This document shows positions 51,075 to 59,684 of a stretch of 64,000 nucleotides of DNA, one piece after another. The notes under the pieces were generated by a model. It did no database searches. It was given only the letters and a program-made list of their open reading frames with translations, and had not been told where the DNA came from. Source of the stretch: a virus; IMG/VR virus record IMGVR_UViG_3300004369_000012, positions 5,164 to 69,163 of that record; one strand, 5' to 3'. The position numbers were made by a program, and so were the translations under genes. Each line of letters opens with the position of its first letter. Position 1 is the first letter of the stretch.

Positions 51075-52785
51075 ATTTACCTGCATCAAGTACAAAAACT
51101 TTCTTTCCTCAGGAAACCAGTTTACGACCATCCCATTAGATAAGCATTCTAATACTTTGATTATTGGTGCTAATGGCGCTGGTAAGTCTAGTATTTTGGA
51201 TGCTCTTACCTTTTCGCTTTTTGGAAAAGCGTTTCGTAAGATCAACAAACCCCAATTGGTCAACAGTACGAATGATAAGGACTGCTTGACTGAGATTGAA
51301 TTTACGATTTCCAACACTGAATGGAAAGTTCGCAGGGGAATTAAACCTGCAATTTTTGAGATCTATCGAGATGGTAATCTTCTAGATCAGGAATCTAGTT
51401 CGCGTGATCAGCAGACTTGGTTGGAACAGAATGTTCTGAAGATGAATTACAAGTCTTTTACGCAGATTGTAATCTTGGGTAGTGCATCTTTCGTCCCGTT
51501 CATGCAACTCACCTCACAGAACCGTAGAGAGGTCATTGAGGATCTTTTGGATATTGGGGTGTTCTCCAATATGAACGCTATTGTTAAAGATAAACTAAAA
51601 GAACAAAAAGATCAGGTTAAGCAATTAAATCTAAAGAAGCAAACTATCGAAGAAAAGGAGGAGATGCAGAGAAACTTCATCGCAGAGATGGAGAGACTTA
51701 GTTCTGATAACATCACAACTAATAAAAACAAGATCATCGAACTTCAAAATGAAGCAGAAGGATATGTTAGTGACAACTCCGATATTCAAAAACGGGTTGA
51801 CACTCTTGTAGAGGATCAGAAAGTTTTTTTAAACGTATCTGAAAAAATTCAGAAGTTGAATACTTTCAAAGGACAGATTAGGCAAAAAGCGATTACGCTT
51901 CAGGATGAGCATAAGTTTTTTAAAGATAATACGGTTTGCCCAACATGCACTCAAAGTTTAGAGGATGATTTTAGGTTAAATAAGATTAGCGACGTTCAAA
52001 ATAAGATAGGGGAACTCAAGAAGGGGTATGAAGACCTGGAGAGCGCCATCAAGTCAGAGAAGGAAAGAGAACGTCAATTTAATACTCTTTCTCAGGAGAT
52101 TGTAAAACTCAACCATGAGATTTCTCAAAACAATACTAGAACTAACCACATTCAACGACAAATCGGAGATCTTGAATCAGAAATTCAAACTATTACCGAA
52201 CGACTTGAAAATGGAAATCTTGAGTATGACAAGTTAACAGAGTTTACTAGAAATCTCAAAATCACGGCAGATGAACTCTCAAGGCGTAAAGAACAAATCG
52301 TCTATTACGATTTCGCCTACTCACTCCTTAAGGATGACGGCGTAAAAACTAAAATCATTCACAAATACCTCCCATTCATTAATCAGCAGATTAATCACTA
52401 CCTACAGTTGATGGATTTTTACATCAACTTCAGTTTAGATGAAGAGTTTAACGAGTCTATTCACTCCCCAGTTCACGAAAAATTTAGTTACGATTCGTTC
52501 TCTGAGGGTGAAAAGATGAGGATAGACCTCTCCCTCCTTTTTACATGGCGGGAAGTCGCCAGAGTCAAAAACTCAATCAGCACTAATCTGTTGGTTATGG
52601 ATGAAGTCTTTGACAGTTCGCTCGACGGTTTTGGGACGGAAGAGTTTCTCAAGATCATTCGGTTCGTAGTAAAGGACGCTAACATTTTCGTCATATCACA
52701 CAAATCCGAACTGCATGATAAATTTGAAAACGTTATCAAGTTTGAGAAGTCTAAGAATTTTTCTAGTATCGTAAAAACCAACTGA
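51067..52785 (+). CDS. g46: Recombination ATPase gp46 (Rad50/SbcC-like)
   Basis: GANGAGKS, CPTC zinc hook, FSEGEK signature, MDEVFD, VISH. Confidence 0.96.
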   Translation: MIKFTCIKYKNFLSSGNQFTTIPLDKHSNTLIIGANGAGKSSILDALTFSLFGKAFRKINKPQLVNSTNDKDCLTEIEFTISNTEWKVRRGIKPAIFEIYRDGNLLDQESSSRDQQTWLEQNVLKMNYKSFTQIVILGSASFVPFMQLTSQNRREVIEDLLDIGVFSNMNAIVKDKLKEQKDQVKQLNLKKQTIEEKEEMQRNFIAEMERLSSDNITTNKNKIIELQNEAEGYVSDNSDIQKRVDTLVEDQKVFLNVSEKIQKLNTFKGQIRQKAITLQDEHKFFKDNTVCPTCTQSLEDDFRLNKISDVQNKIGELKKGYEDLESAIKSEKERERQFNTLSQEIVKLNHEISQNNTRTNHIQRQIGDLESEIQTITERLENGNLEYDKLTEFTRNLKITADELSRRKEQIVYYDFAYSLLKDDGVKTKIIHKYLPFINQQINHYLQLMDFYINFSLDEEFNESIHSPVHEKFSYDSFSEGEKMRIDLSLLFTWREVARVKNSISTNLLVMDEVFDSSLDGFGTEEFLKIIRFVVKDANIFVISHKSELHDKFENVIKFEKSKNFSSIVKTN

Positions 52786-52806
52786 GACCCTTCGGGGTCT
52801 TTTTTT
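52785..52806 (+). terminator. Rho-independent terminator after g46
   Basis: AGACCC-TTCG-GGGTCT followed by T6. Confidence 0.9.
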
Positions 52807-52828
52807 GTCAGTGTATTCTCACGAACTC

Positions 52829-52859
52829 TTGACAAAAATCTTTATATTTGCTATATAAT
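52829..52859 (+). promoter_or_regulatory. Sigma70-type early promoter for the hli-petF cluster
   Basis: TTGACA then TATATA at 17 nt (TATAAT at 19 nt). Confidence 0.7.
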
Positions 52860-52884
52860 ACTGTAACAGTTCTTTACAAACATT

Positions 52885-53094
52885 ATGACTGTAACTACAA
52901 ATGATCGCGGACAACAGAATATGTTCGCTAATGAACCCGCTATGTACATGACGGATGAAGATCGTCTCAAGTATGGTCTTGAGTCCCATGCTGAGCGTGC
53001 TGAAAAGATGAATGGGCGTTGGGCAATGATGGGTTTTGTCGCTGCCTTGACATCCTACGCGATTACTGGTAAACTATTCTTTGGAATTCTTTAG
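52885..53094 (+). CDS. hli: High-light-inducible protein (69 aa)
   Basis: MTVTT...GQQNMFA.EP, AEKMNGRWAMMGFVAA chlorophyll-binding motif. Confidence 0.93.
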   Translation: MTVTTNDRGQQNMFANEPAMYMTDEDRLKYGLESHAERAEKMNGRWAMMGFVAALTSYAITGKLFFGIL

Positions 53095-53105
53095 GAAACT
53101 AAATA

Positions 53106-53399
53106 ATGGCATTTAACATTGTCCTACGATCCCCCGATGGAACTGAGCAAACCATTCAGTGTGAAGACGATGAGTACATCCTTGCTGCTGCTGAAGAACA
53201 GGGTGTTGACCTCAGTTACTCGTGTCGCGCAGGCGCTTGTTCGTCGTGCGCGGGAAAACTCATCTCTGGTTCCGTAGACCAGGGGGATCAGTCGTTCCTT
53301 GATGATGACCAGATTGATGCTGGTTTCATTCTAACTTGTGTTTCTTATCCCACAAGTGATTGTGTGATTGAGACTGGACAGGAAGAGAATCTGTATTAA
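53106..53399 (+). CDS. petF: Plant-type [2Fe-2S] ferredoxin
   Basis: [33 protein letters not shown]. Confidence 0.97.
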   Translation: MAFNIVLRSPDGTEQTIQCEDDEYILAAAEEQGVDLSYSCRAGACSSCAGKLISGSVDQGDQSFLDDDQIDAGFILTCVSYPTSDCVIETGQEENLY

Positions 53400-53548
53400 T
53401 GTCGAATCCAGATCAACTCTATGAGGACATGGAGAAACTGAATGCCCTATACGAAGAACTCTGCTGGGGCCACGATGATGAATTAGTATTCACTCACGAA
53501 AATGGTAGAGTCATAGTTTATAACAAAACTTTGGAGCAAAAACAATGA
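53399..53548 (+). CDS. Small hypothetical protein (49 aa; not in ORF track)
   Basis: [49 protein letters not shown]; TAATG and ATGA coupling on either side. Confidence 0.7.
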   Translation: MSNPDQLYEDMEKLNALYEELCWGHDDELVFTHENGRVIVYNKTLEQKQ

Positions 53549-53652
53549 ACGAAAAAGCAGAACGTATTAATGGTTGGGCAGCAATGATCGGTGTGATCGC
53601 TGCTATGGGATCTTATGCAGTCACAGGTCAAATCATTCCAGGTATCTGGTGA
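53545..53652 (+). CDS. hli: Second, short high-light-inducible protein (35 aa; not in ORF track)
   Basis: MNEKAERINGWAAMIGVIAAMGSYAVTGQIIPGIW; AExxNG motif and TGQIIPG tail; GGAG RBS. Confidence 0.92.
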   Translation: MNEKAERINGWAAMIGVIAAMGSYAVTGQIIPGIW

Positions 53653-53777
53653 TGCTGTTGTTGTCAACTATGATGCTAGGGATGTGGATATTAATCAGTG
53701 TCCTTGGTAGTAATGATGCTGACGACGATGACGACCTTGGCGGCGGTATGATGATTCCCGCACACAACCCAATTTAA
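53652..53777 (+). CDS. Small membrane protein with acidic DDDDD-GGG-MIP tail (41 aa)
   Basis: MLLLSTMMLGMWILISVLGSNDADDDDDLGGGMMIPAHNPI; TGATG coupling to hli. Confidence 0.65.
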   Translation: MLLLSTMMLGMWILISVLGSNDADDDDDLGGGMMIPAHNPI

Positions 53778-53782
53778 AAAGT

Positions 53783-53816
53783 AAACCTTGTTCTATATAA
53801 AGGACAAGGTTTTTTT
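53783..53816 (+). terminator. Rho-independent terminator after the hli-petF cluster
   Basis: AAACCTTGTTCT-ATATAA-AGGACAAGGTTT (one G:U pair) plus T-run. Confidence 0.75.
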
Positions 53817-53821
53817 GTGTT

Positions 53822-53977
53822 ATGCCTAGAGGACAAATTGACAAAGACGAGATGATTTGTTATGTACTTAAATTAAAACACCAGGTAGATAGTGAACGTG
53901 CATATCCTGGAGAGAAGGATATGGTCCAAAAATACCTGAACAGGGTCTTGGGCAGGATCTCTGAGTACCGCTATTGA
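53822..53977 (+). CDS. Small hypothetical protein (51 aa; not in ORF track)
   Basis: MPRGQIDKDEMICYVLKLKHQVDSERAYPGEKDMVQKYLNRVLGRISEYRY; resembles a recurrent cyanophage family (MPR....K...YLN.VL..I.EYRY). Confidence 0.65.
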   Translation: MPRGQIDKDEMICYVLKLKHQVDSERAYPGEKDMVQKYLNRVLGRISEYRY

Positions 53978-54002
53978 CATCCCAAGATTTTTGTAGTATC
54001 AT
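53974..54002 (+). promoter_or_regulatory. Sigma70-type early promoter TTGACA-N17-TATCAT for the replication operon
   Basis: Exact -35, 17-nt spacer, near-consensus -10. Confidence 0.75.
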
Positions 54003-54027
54003 GGATATGATTCCTTTACTATGAATC

Positions 54028-54339
54028 ATGAGTGAACAGCAAAATCACCTTTGGAAATATGAAGAAGGTGAAACTTTACAAGAAGTAAGAGATTATATTT
54101 CTCAGACATATCAGGGGCATTACACCAGTAAGGAAAATAGAACACAGACCTTGGATCTGCTAGAATCCATTGGGACTGCTCCTGCTTTCTGTCAAGCGAA
54201 CATCATCAAGTATGCTTCTCGCTTTAACAAGAAGGGTCAGGAAAAAAGTGACCTGCTGAAGGTCATTCACTACGCTATCCTCTTGTATCATTTCTCTGGA
54301 CTTCACAAGAAAACTGATGGAACTTATGAAACTTTCTGA
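54028..54339 (+). CDS. DUF3310-like protein (103 aa)
   Basis: HY...QTLDLLESIG...FCQANIIKYASR..KKG...DLLKVIHYA. Confidence 0.7.
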   Translation: MSEQQNHLWKYEEGETLQEVRDYISQTYQGHYTSKENRTQTLDLLESIGTAPAFCQANIIKYASRFNKKGQEKSDLLKVIHYAILLYHFSGLHKKTDGTYETF

Positions 54340-54985
54340 TTCTACTCTCAATATTCTTGAGAACTTTTCGACTATCAATCAGTCGATCCTGATCAAAGAA
54401 GGTTCTAAGATCAAGACCATTTCTGTCATGCGTAATATCTTGGCAGAAGCAAACGTCCCTGAAGAGTTCCCTAAGGATTTTGCCATCTATGATCTCAAGC
54501 AGTTTCTGAATGGTGTAAAACTCCACAGAAATCCTGATCTTGGATTTGACAATGATTCCTTTGTCACTATCAGTGAGGGTAAACTCAAAGCAAAATATTT
54601 CTTTGCTGATCCTTCTGTGATTGTTGCACCCCCAGACAAAGAACTTTCTCTTCCCAGCAAGGATGTTTGCTTCCAATTGGAAAGTCAGCAGTTGAATTCT
54701 CTGTTGAAAGCGTCTGCTGTCTATGGTCTTCCCGATCTTTCTGCTATTGGTGACGGGGAAAACATCAGTCTAGTTGTTCGTGACAAAGCAAACGACACAT
54801 CTAACGAGTATTCAATCGTTGTTGGCGAGACTGATGCTACGTTTGAGTTCAATTTCAAAATGGAGAATATTAAGATTCTTCCTGGTTCTTACAACGTCGT
54901 GATTTCCGAGAAACTTCTTTCTCAGTTTTTCAACGATTCTATTAACTACTATATCGCTTTGGAACCTGATTCTACATTCGGATGA
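54326..54985 (+). CDS. g45: Sliding clamp gp45
   Basis: MKLS..TL.IL.NF..INQSI, FAIYDL..FL, YFFADPSVI, YYIALEPDS. Confidence 0.94.
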   Translation: MKLSDSTLNILENFSTINQSILIKEGSKIKTISVMRNILAEANVPEEFPKDFAIYDLKQFLNGVKLHRNPDLGFDNDSFVTISEGKLKAKYFFADPSVIVAPPDKELSLPSKDVCFQLESQQLNSLLKASAVYGLPDLSAIGDGENISLVVRDKANDTSNEYSIVVGETDATFEFNFKMENIKILPGSYNVVISEKLLSQFFNDSINYYIALEPDSTFG

Positions 54986-55317
54986 GACACATTCTTTTTA
55001 CTCTAAAAGGTTGCTCTGAAAAACTTCTAGATGATGAGTCACACATCCGCAATGTACTTGTTCATGCGGCACATCTCTGCAAAAGTACATTGTTGGATGT
55101 CTCATCACACAAGTTTGATCCTCAAGGTGTGACTGCTATCGCTCTCCTTGCCGAGAGTCATATCAGTATTCATACCTGGCCAGAGAATGGTATGGCAGTG
55201 TGTGATGTCTTTACCTGTGGTGAGCATACAGTGCCTCGTGCTGGTGTTACTTACATGTATGAGATGTTTGATGCCAATGACATTGTTTCAAATGAGTTTG
55301 TGAGACCCTTAGAATGA
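54982..55317 (+). CDS. speD: S-adenosylmethionine decarboxylase proenzyme
   Basis: HKFDPQGVT..LLAESHISIHTWPE.G...DVFTCG (ES pyruvoyl autocleavage site). Confidence 0.93.
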   Translation: MRHILFTLKGCSEKLLDDESHIRNVLVHAAHLCKSTLLDVSSHKFDPQGVTAIALLAESHISIHTWPENGMAVCDVFTCGEHTVPRAGVTYMYEMFDANDIVSNEFVRPLE

Positions 55318-55469
55318 CTTGGACTATTCCTGTTGAAGAAGATGAAAATGGGGAGTTGTTCCTCACATTTCCTGAAGATCTACTACAAGAATCTGGTCTA
55401 GAACCAGGAGATGATGTAGAGTGGATTGACAATAATGATGGATCATTTACTCTCAAAAAACTGAACTGA
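55314..55469 (+). CDS. AbrB/MazE-like small protein (51 aa; not in ORF track)
   Basis: MTWTIPVEEDENGELFLTFPEDLLQESGLEPGDDVEWIDNNDGSFTLKKLN; swapped-hairpin pattern P..LL...GL..GD.V.W. Confidence 0.75.
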   Translation: MTWTIPVEEDENGELFLTFPEDLLQESGLEPGDDVEWIDNNDGSFTLKKLN

Positions 55470-55472
55470 CTT

Positions 55473-56426
55473 ATGTCTTCTCGTGATGATTTTATTTGGG
55501 TCGAAAAATATCGCCCCAAAACTATTGAAGAATGTATTCTCCCAGAACGAATCAAGAAAACTTTTCAAGAGTTTTTGGTTAAGGGAGAGATTCCTAATAT
55601 GCTTTTGTCTGGACCCCCTGGCATCGGCAAAACTACCGTTGCAAAAGCACTTTGTAGCGAACTGGGGGTTGACGTTTATGTGATCAATGGATCAGATGAA
55701 GGACGATTTCTTGATACGGTTAGGAACCAAGCAAAGAACTTTGCTTCGACCGTCTCACTTCAAGGACTGGGTTCAAAGCACAAAGTCATCATTATTGATG
55801 AGGCTGACAACACGACCCACGACGTACAACTCCTCCTACGGGCAAATATTGAGGCATTTTATAAAAACTGCCGATTTATCTTCACGTGTAATTACAAAAA
55901 CAAAATCATTCAACCACTCCACTCCAGGTGTAGTGTCGTCGATTTTGCCTTCACGGGAGAAGAAAAACAAGACCTTGCCGCCAAATTCTTTAGGAGACTC
56001 AAAGAGATCCTGGTTGCAGAAGGTATTGAATCTGATCCAAAAGTACTGGTAGAACTAATCAAGAATCACTTCCCAGATTGGCGTCGTGTTCTTAATGAAT
56101 GCCAACGCTACTCTGTAAGTGGTAGTATTGATACTGGTATTCTGTCAACTTTTGGTGAAGTTCAGGTCAATGAGTTGGTTAAGAACCTGAAGCAAAAGAA
56201 TTTTACTGAAGTTCGTAAGTGGATTGTTTCTAACCTAGACAATGATCCTAACCAACTACTTAGAAAAATCTATGACAACCTGCACCAGAGTTTAGTTCCC
56301 TCCACAATTCCTGCGGCGGTATTGATCATTGCAAAGTATCAATATCAATCTGCGTTTGTCGCTGATCAAGAGATCAATCTCCTTGCCGCACTAACTGAGA
56401 TTATGGTTGACTGTCAATTCAAATGA
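55473..56426 (+). CDS. g44: Clamp loader large subunit gp44
   Basis: WVEKYRP, GPPGIGKTT, IIDEAD, LHSRC, HFPDWRR.LNE.Q. Confidence 0.96.
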   Translation: MSSRDDFIWVEKYRPKTIEECILPERIKKTFQEFLVKGEIPNMLLSGPPGIGKTTVAKALCSELGVDVYVINGSDEGRFLDTVRNQAKNFASTVSLQGLGSKHKVIIIDEADNTTHDVQLLLRANIEAFYKNCRFIFTCNYKNKIIQPLHSRCSVVDFAFTGEEKQDLAAKFFRRLKEILVAEGIESDPKVLVELIKNHFPDWRRVLNECQRYSVSGSIDTGILSTFGEVQVNELVKNLKQKNFTEVRKWIVSNLDNDPNQLLRKIYDNLHQSLVPSTIPAAVLIIAKYQYQSAFVADQEINLLAALTEIMVDCQFK

Positions 56427-56995
56427 GATATCAACAAGTATCTAACTACGTTTATCAGTTTCCATCAGTACTTCCGCCAAAGTTATTTTTGCAGGGATAT
56501 GATGAGTTTTCTCTTTCCAACAATAGTTGGATGGTAAAACAGGAACGACAACGTATCACAGAGTATGACCGCCATCCATACTGGTTTGGTATTGAAAAAG
56601 TCAGAGGCGATACTCTAGGTTGGTCTAATTCTTTGATTGACATTGGAGCATCGCTAAAACTGATAGCAGAGCATACGCTCAAAACAAAATTGAGATTGGG
56701 AAGGATAAACACCAACATCCAGGCATATGGCATGGAGTCTTCTTTTCATAAAGATGGCACCGACAAAGATTGGACCTTTATGGTCTTCTTTAATCCTACA
56801 TGGAATGCTGAATGGGGTGGTGATCTTCGCATTCAAATTGATGAAGGAGATTACATCGGGTTTACACCATTTCCGAATAGTGGTATACTATTCAAAGCAG
56901 ATCTTGAACATAAAGGTGATCCTCCAAACAGACTGTGCAACTTTTTGAGATACAGCGCAGCATTTACATTTTTTGATTATGAATCTTCCTTTTGA
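56423..56995 (+). CDS. 2OG-Fe(II) oxygenase
   Basis: FHKD, WNAEWGG, PFPNSGILF...EHKG.PP...LRYS. Confidence 0.8.
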   Translation: MRYQQVSNYVYQFPSVLPPKLFLQGYDEFSLSNNSWMVKQERQRITEYDRHPYWFGIEKVRGDTLGWSNSLIDIGASLKLIAEHTLKTKLRLGRINTNIQAYGMESSFHKDGTDKDWTFMVFFNPTWNAEWGGDLRIQIDEGDYIGFTPFPNSGILFKADLEHKGDPPNRLCNFLRYSAAFTFFDYESSF

Positions 56996-57578
56996 TAACG
57001 ACAAAGTTGATTGGCAACTGGTCGCAAACACTGTTCACTGGTATAAGGATAGTGGCAAACCCATGGAAAGAGCATTTGCCTCTCTTCTGTTTGAGGTTGG
57101 CATTTCCGAAGCATCTGGTGGGCAGTTTCGTTATGTTGGCAACGAAGAAGTTGGTGTTGATCTAAGAATCAATTCCAATAATGAAGGACTGGAAATTAAG
57201 TCTCAGTTCGATCTATTCCCCAAAACAAACCGTGGGAAAAGGACCAAAAAAATGGGATACACTTCATTCCACTCTGCAGAAAAAACCTGTGATGATTTTG
57301 ACATTCATTGCGATCATTTGATTTTGATCGACAAGAATGTGGATCGCTTTAGGTGTGCATACATCTCCAAGGAGACCATGGAGAAGCATAGAACTGAGAT
57401 TTTTACTGAAAACAAATCTGGTATCTTTGCACAGTTCTCTATGGATCATCTGACTTTTATTACTGACAAGTTAGTTTCTCATCCGACTCATGACTTCCAA
57501 CCCATTGAAGTCATTCAAAACATCGTTCGTGAAGAAGTCCTGAAACTATACAATGAAAGAAACCAAACTGACACCTGA
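56979..57578 (+). CDS. Hypothetical protein, putative PD-(D/E)XK nuclease (199 aa)
   Basis: Helix LFE, then GVD...LEIKS, then hydrophobic strand DHLILID. Confidence 0.5.
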   Translation: MNLPFDNDKVDWQLVANTVHWYKDSGKPMERAFASLLFEVGISEASGGQFRYVGNEEVGVDLRINSNNEGLEIKSQFDLFPKTNRGKRTKKMGYTSFHSAEKTCDDFDIHCDHLILIDKNVDRFRCAYISKETMEKHRTEIFTENKSGIFAQFSMDHLTFITDKLVSHPTHDFQPIEVIQNIVREEVLKLYNERNQTDT

Positions 57579-58623
57579 TAATGCTGTCTTGGCAGCAGAT
57601 AAATTCATTGACTATTACTCTGGATTCAATCGGATTGATGATTATCTTCGTCATGTGAAGAAGAGTCGTGTCTCAAAACGTCCTGGTGTTTTGTTTGGTG
57701 CAGAGACGGAGATGTTTAGTAACTTCTCCATGAGACCTGAAGACTTTAAGATTCGTATTCATACAGTTGATACTAATCCTAAGACTACATCCAGGTACAA
57801 TCAGAATTTATATTCTGATACTCTTAATCTCACAGCATCAAATGCAGTTGAAGAGGCGATTCCTGGTCGCACTCTTAAGTGGATCGTAGAAGAAGAAACC
57901 ACAAAGACTATCCTAGGTGTAGTCAGGTTTGGATCTCCAACAATCAATTCTAAACCTAGGAATGATTACTTTGGGGAAATCTTACCTCTATCGCAAATCA
58001 ACAAAGAGTTTGTGATGGGTTTCAACATTGTTCCAGTTCAACCTTTTGGTTACAACTATCTGGGCGGTAAACTTCTTGCTCTTCTTGCCTGCTCTCAAGA
58101 ACTGAAGCATCAGTTTGATGAGAAGTATGGAACAGATCTCAAGTACTTTGAAACTACATCACTATATGGAACTACTAAAGGAGTGTCCATGTACGACGGT
58201 CTAAAACCGCTTCTAAGGCACATTGGAGACACTGAGAGTAACTTTCTACCTTTGTTCCACGACGAGTACTTTAGAGACCTTTTCTGGTGGTTTAATGATA
58301 ATGCCAATCAAGGTGAACGATTGATTGCTGCAGACAAGTCATCAAAGAAGTTAAAGATTCAAACCAAGATGATCTCCATCATTAGGAACTCTTTGACTGA
58401 TAGTGACAAACTTAAGCAGTTCAATGATTGTATTGACCATGCTAAATCACTTACAGAAAAGAAACGATACTATCTTGGAGATTTTCGTCACACCGCTGAT
58501 CAAGCGATTGAGTGGTGGGTCAAGAAAGCAACTAAGAGGTATGACAAGTTGAAGACTGAAGGAAGACTGAGGTCTGAACTTGAAATCTGGTCACCTGGTG
58601 TTGATTTGGAGATCATTAGATAA
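57553..58623 (+). CDS. DUF4338 / Druantia DruA-like protein (356 aa)
   Basis: GSP.I...PRNDYFG, VP.QPFGYNYLGGKLLALL, ETTSLYG....SMYDGL, KRYY motifs. Confidence 0.65.
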   Translation: MKETKLTPDNAVLAADKFIDYYSGFNRIDDYLRHVKKSRVSKRPGVLFGAETEMFSNFSMRPEDFKIRIHTVDTNPKTTSRYNQNLYSDTLNLTASNAVEEAIPGRTLKWIVEEETTKTILGVVRFGSPTINSKPRNDYFGEILPLSQINKEFVMGFNIVPVQPFGYNYLGGKLLALLACSQELKHQFDEKYGTDLKYFETTSLYGTTKGVSMYDGLKPLLRHIGDTESNFLPLFHDEYFRDLFWWFNDNANQGERLIAADKSSKKLKIQTKMISIIRNSLTDSDKLKQFNDCIDHAKSLTEKKRYYLGDFRHTADQAIEWWVKKATKRYDKLKTEGRLRSELEIWSPGVDLEIIR

Positions 58624-58823
58624 TGTGGAGAATCTGGGCAAAAGCACTGGGGCAGAAAGATGGACGAAATGACAGAGAAGCAGATACTGTTGCTGGCATA
58701 CGCACCCTTATTTTTGTTTCTTACTTGGCTACCAACCTTTTTATTATTAGTGGAGTGATTAGGCACTGGAATGACGTACCAACTAAAAGACTGGTTGAAC
58801 AGCATCAACCATCAAAAAAATGA
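58623..58823 (+). CDS. Small conserved membrane protein (66 aa)
   Basis: MWRIWAKALG.K.G..D.EAD.VA.IRT plus hydrophobic helix ending RHWN. Confidence 0.75.
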   Translation: MWRIWAKALGQKDGRNDREADTVAGIRTLIFVSYLATNLFIISGVIRHWNDVPTKRLVEQHQPSKK

Positions 58824-59154
58824 TCTGTTTGAAGAGGGTGCCTCTGCTAAAGAATACCCTGCATACATTGTCAACCGCTGTTTGTCTGGCGATCTTGATG
58901 CAATTATGTTTGCTAATGAGATGAATCTGAATCCCAATCTTGATTCTGATTTACAGTATTATTTTTTGCTAAATACTTTGAGAAAACGGAAACGTTTTAA
59001 TCCCTGGCTCAAAAAAGAAAAACTTGAAGATCTTGACGTTGTAAAGTCTTACTATGGTTATAGTAATGAAAAAGCACGAGAGGTCTTGAGCATTTTGAAT
59101 TCTGAGCAAATTGCATTTATTAGATCAAGACTTGACCGTGGAGGCAAAACATGA
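58771..59154 (+). CDS. g62: Clamp loader small subunit gp62
   Basis: LKDWLNSIN, YPAYIVNRCLS, FANEMN, RKRKRF.PW, YYGYSNEKA. Confidence 0.92.
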   Translation: MTYQLKDWLNSINHQKNDLFEEGASAKEYPAYIVNRCLSGDLDAIMFANEMNLNPNLDSDLQYYFLLNTLRKRKRFNPWLKKEKLEDLDVVKSYYGYSNEKAREVLSILNSEQIAFIRSRLDRGGKT

Positions 59155-59585
59155 GCGTCGTGAATGAACCTGAGATTAATTGGAGTCAGGATATGATGGT
59201 TGAAGTCATTCTGAGTGAACCAGATGACTTCCTTAAAGTGAGAGAAACTCTGACTCGCATTGGAGTCGCTTCTCGCAAAGAAAAGAAACTATACCAATCC
59301 TGCCATATCCTGCATAAGCAGGGTAGATACTATATCGTACATTTTAAAGAACTATTTGCTCTAGATGGTAAGAAAGTAAATCTTACTGTCAATGATGTTC
59401 AGCGTAGAAATAGAATTACACAACTAATTGCTGATTGGGGACTTATTCAACTTCAGGACGCAAGTTCTATTTCTGATATTGCACCTCTGAATCAAATTAA
59501 AGTTTTGTCTTACAAGGACAAGAATGATTGGATTCTAGAAAGCAAATATAACATCGGAAAGAAGAAAGTAGTACAAACCGAATGA
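59151..59585 (+). CDS. regA: Translational repressor RegA
   Basis: PDDFLKVRETLTRIGVAS, LYQSCHILHKQGRYYIVHFKELF, KYNIG. Confidence 0.96.
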   Translation: MSVVNEPEINWSQDMMVEVILSEPDDFLKVRETLTRIGVASRKEKKLYQSCHILHKQGRYYIVHFKELFALDGKKVNLTVNDVQRRNRITQLIADWGLIQLQDASSISDIAPLNQIKVLSYKDKNDWILESKYNIGKKKVVQTE

Positions 59586-59591
59586 TTATGT

Positions 59592-59614
59592 AGGGGGATC
59601 CACACCCCCTTTTT
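59592..59614 (+). terminator. Rho-independent terminator after regA
   Basis: AGGGGG-ATCCACA-CCCCCT followed by T-run. Confidence 0.7.
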
Positions 59615-59684
59615 AATGCGTTCTATTATAATTAGTAGTGGATGCCGTAAGGGTCCAAAATTAACAGACGCTTTAGAGGTCACT

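Noticed and set aside
52863-52877. NtcA binding site
   Set aside because: Spacing is GTA-N9-TAC rather than N8; kept only as an unassigned inverted repeat.
53100-53105. TAAATA late promoter for petF
   Set aside because: Abuts the ATG, so a transcript would start inside the coding sequence; more likely AT-rich spacer after the AGGA RBS.
53574-53777. 67-aa ORF as called in the track
   Set aside because: Its 5' part overlaps the 35-aa hli in another frame; the plausible gene starts at 53652.
58970-58975. Internal TAAATA in g62 as a late promoter for regA
   Set aside because: A 6-mer inside AT-rich coding sequence, far from the next start; cannot be told from chance.
59616-59684. N-terminal extension of hsp20 (also upstream starts at 36947, 54317, 63603)
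   Set aside because: They cross promoter or hairpin elements or overlap upstream genes; downstream ATGs have better RBS or coupling.
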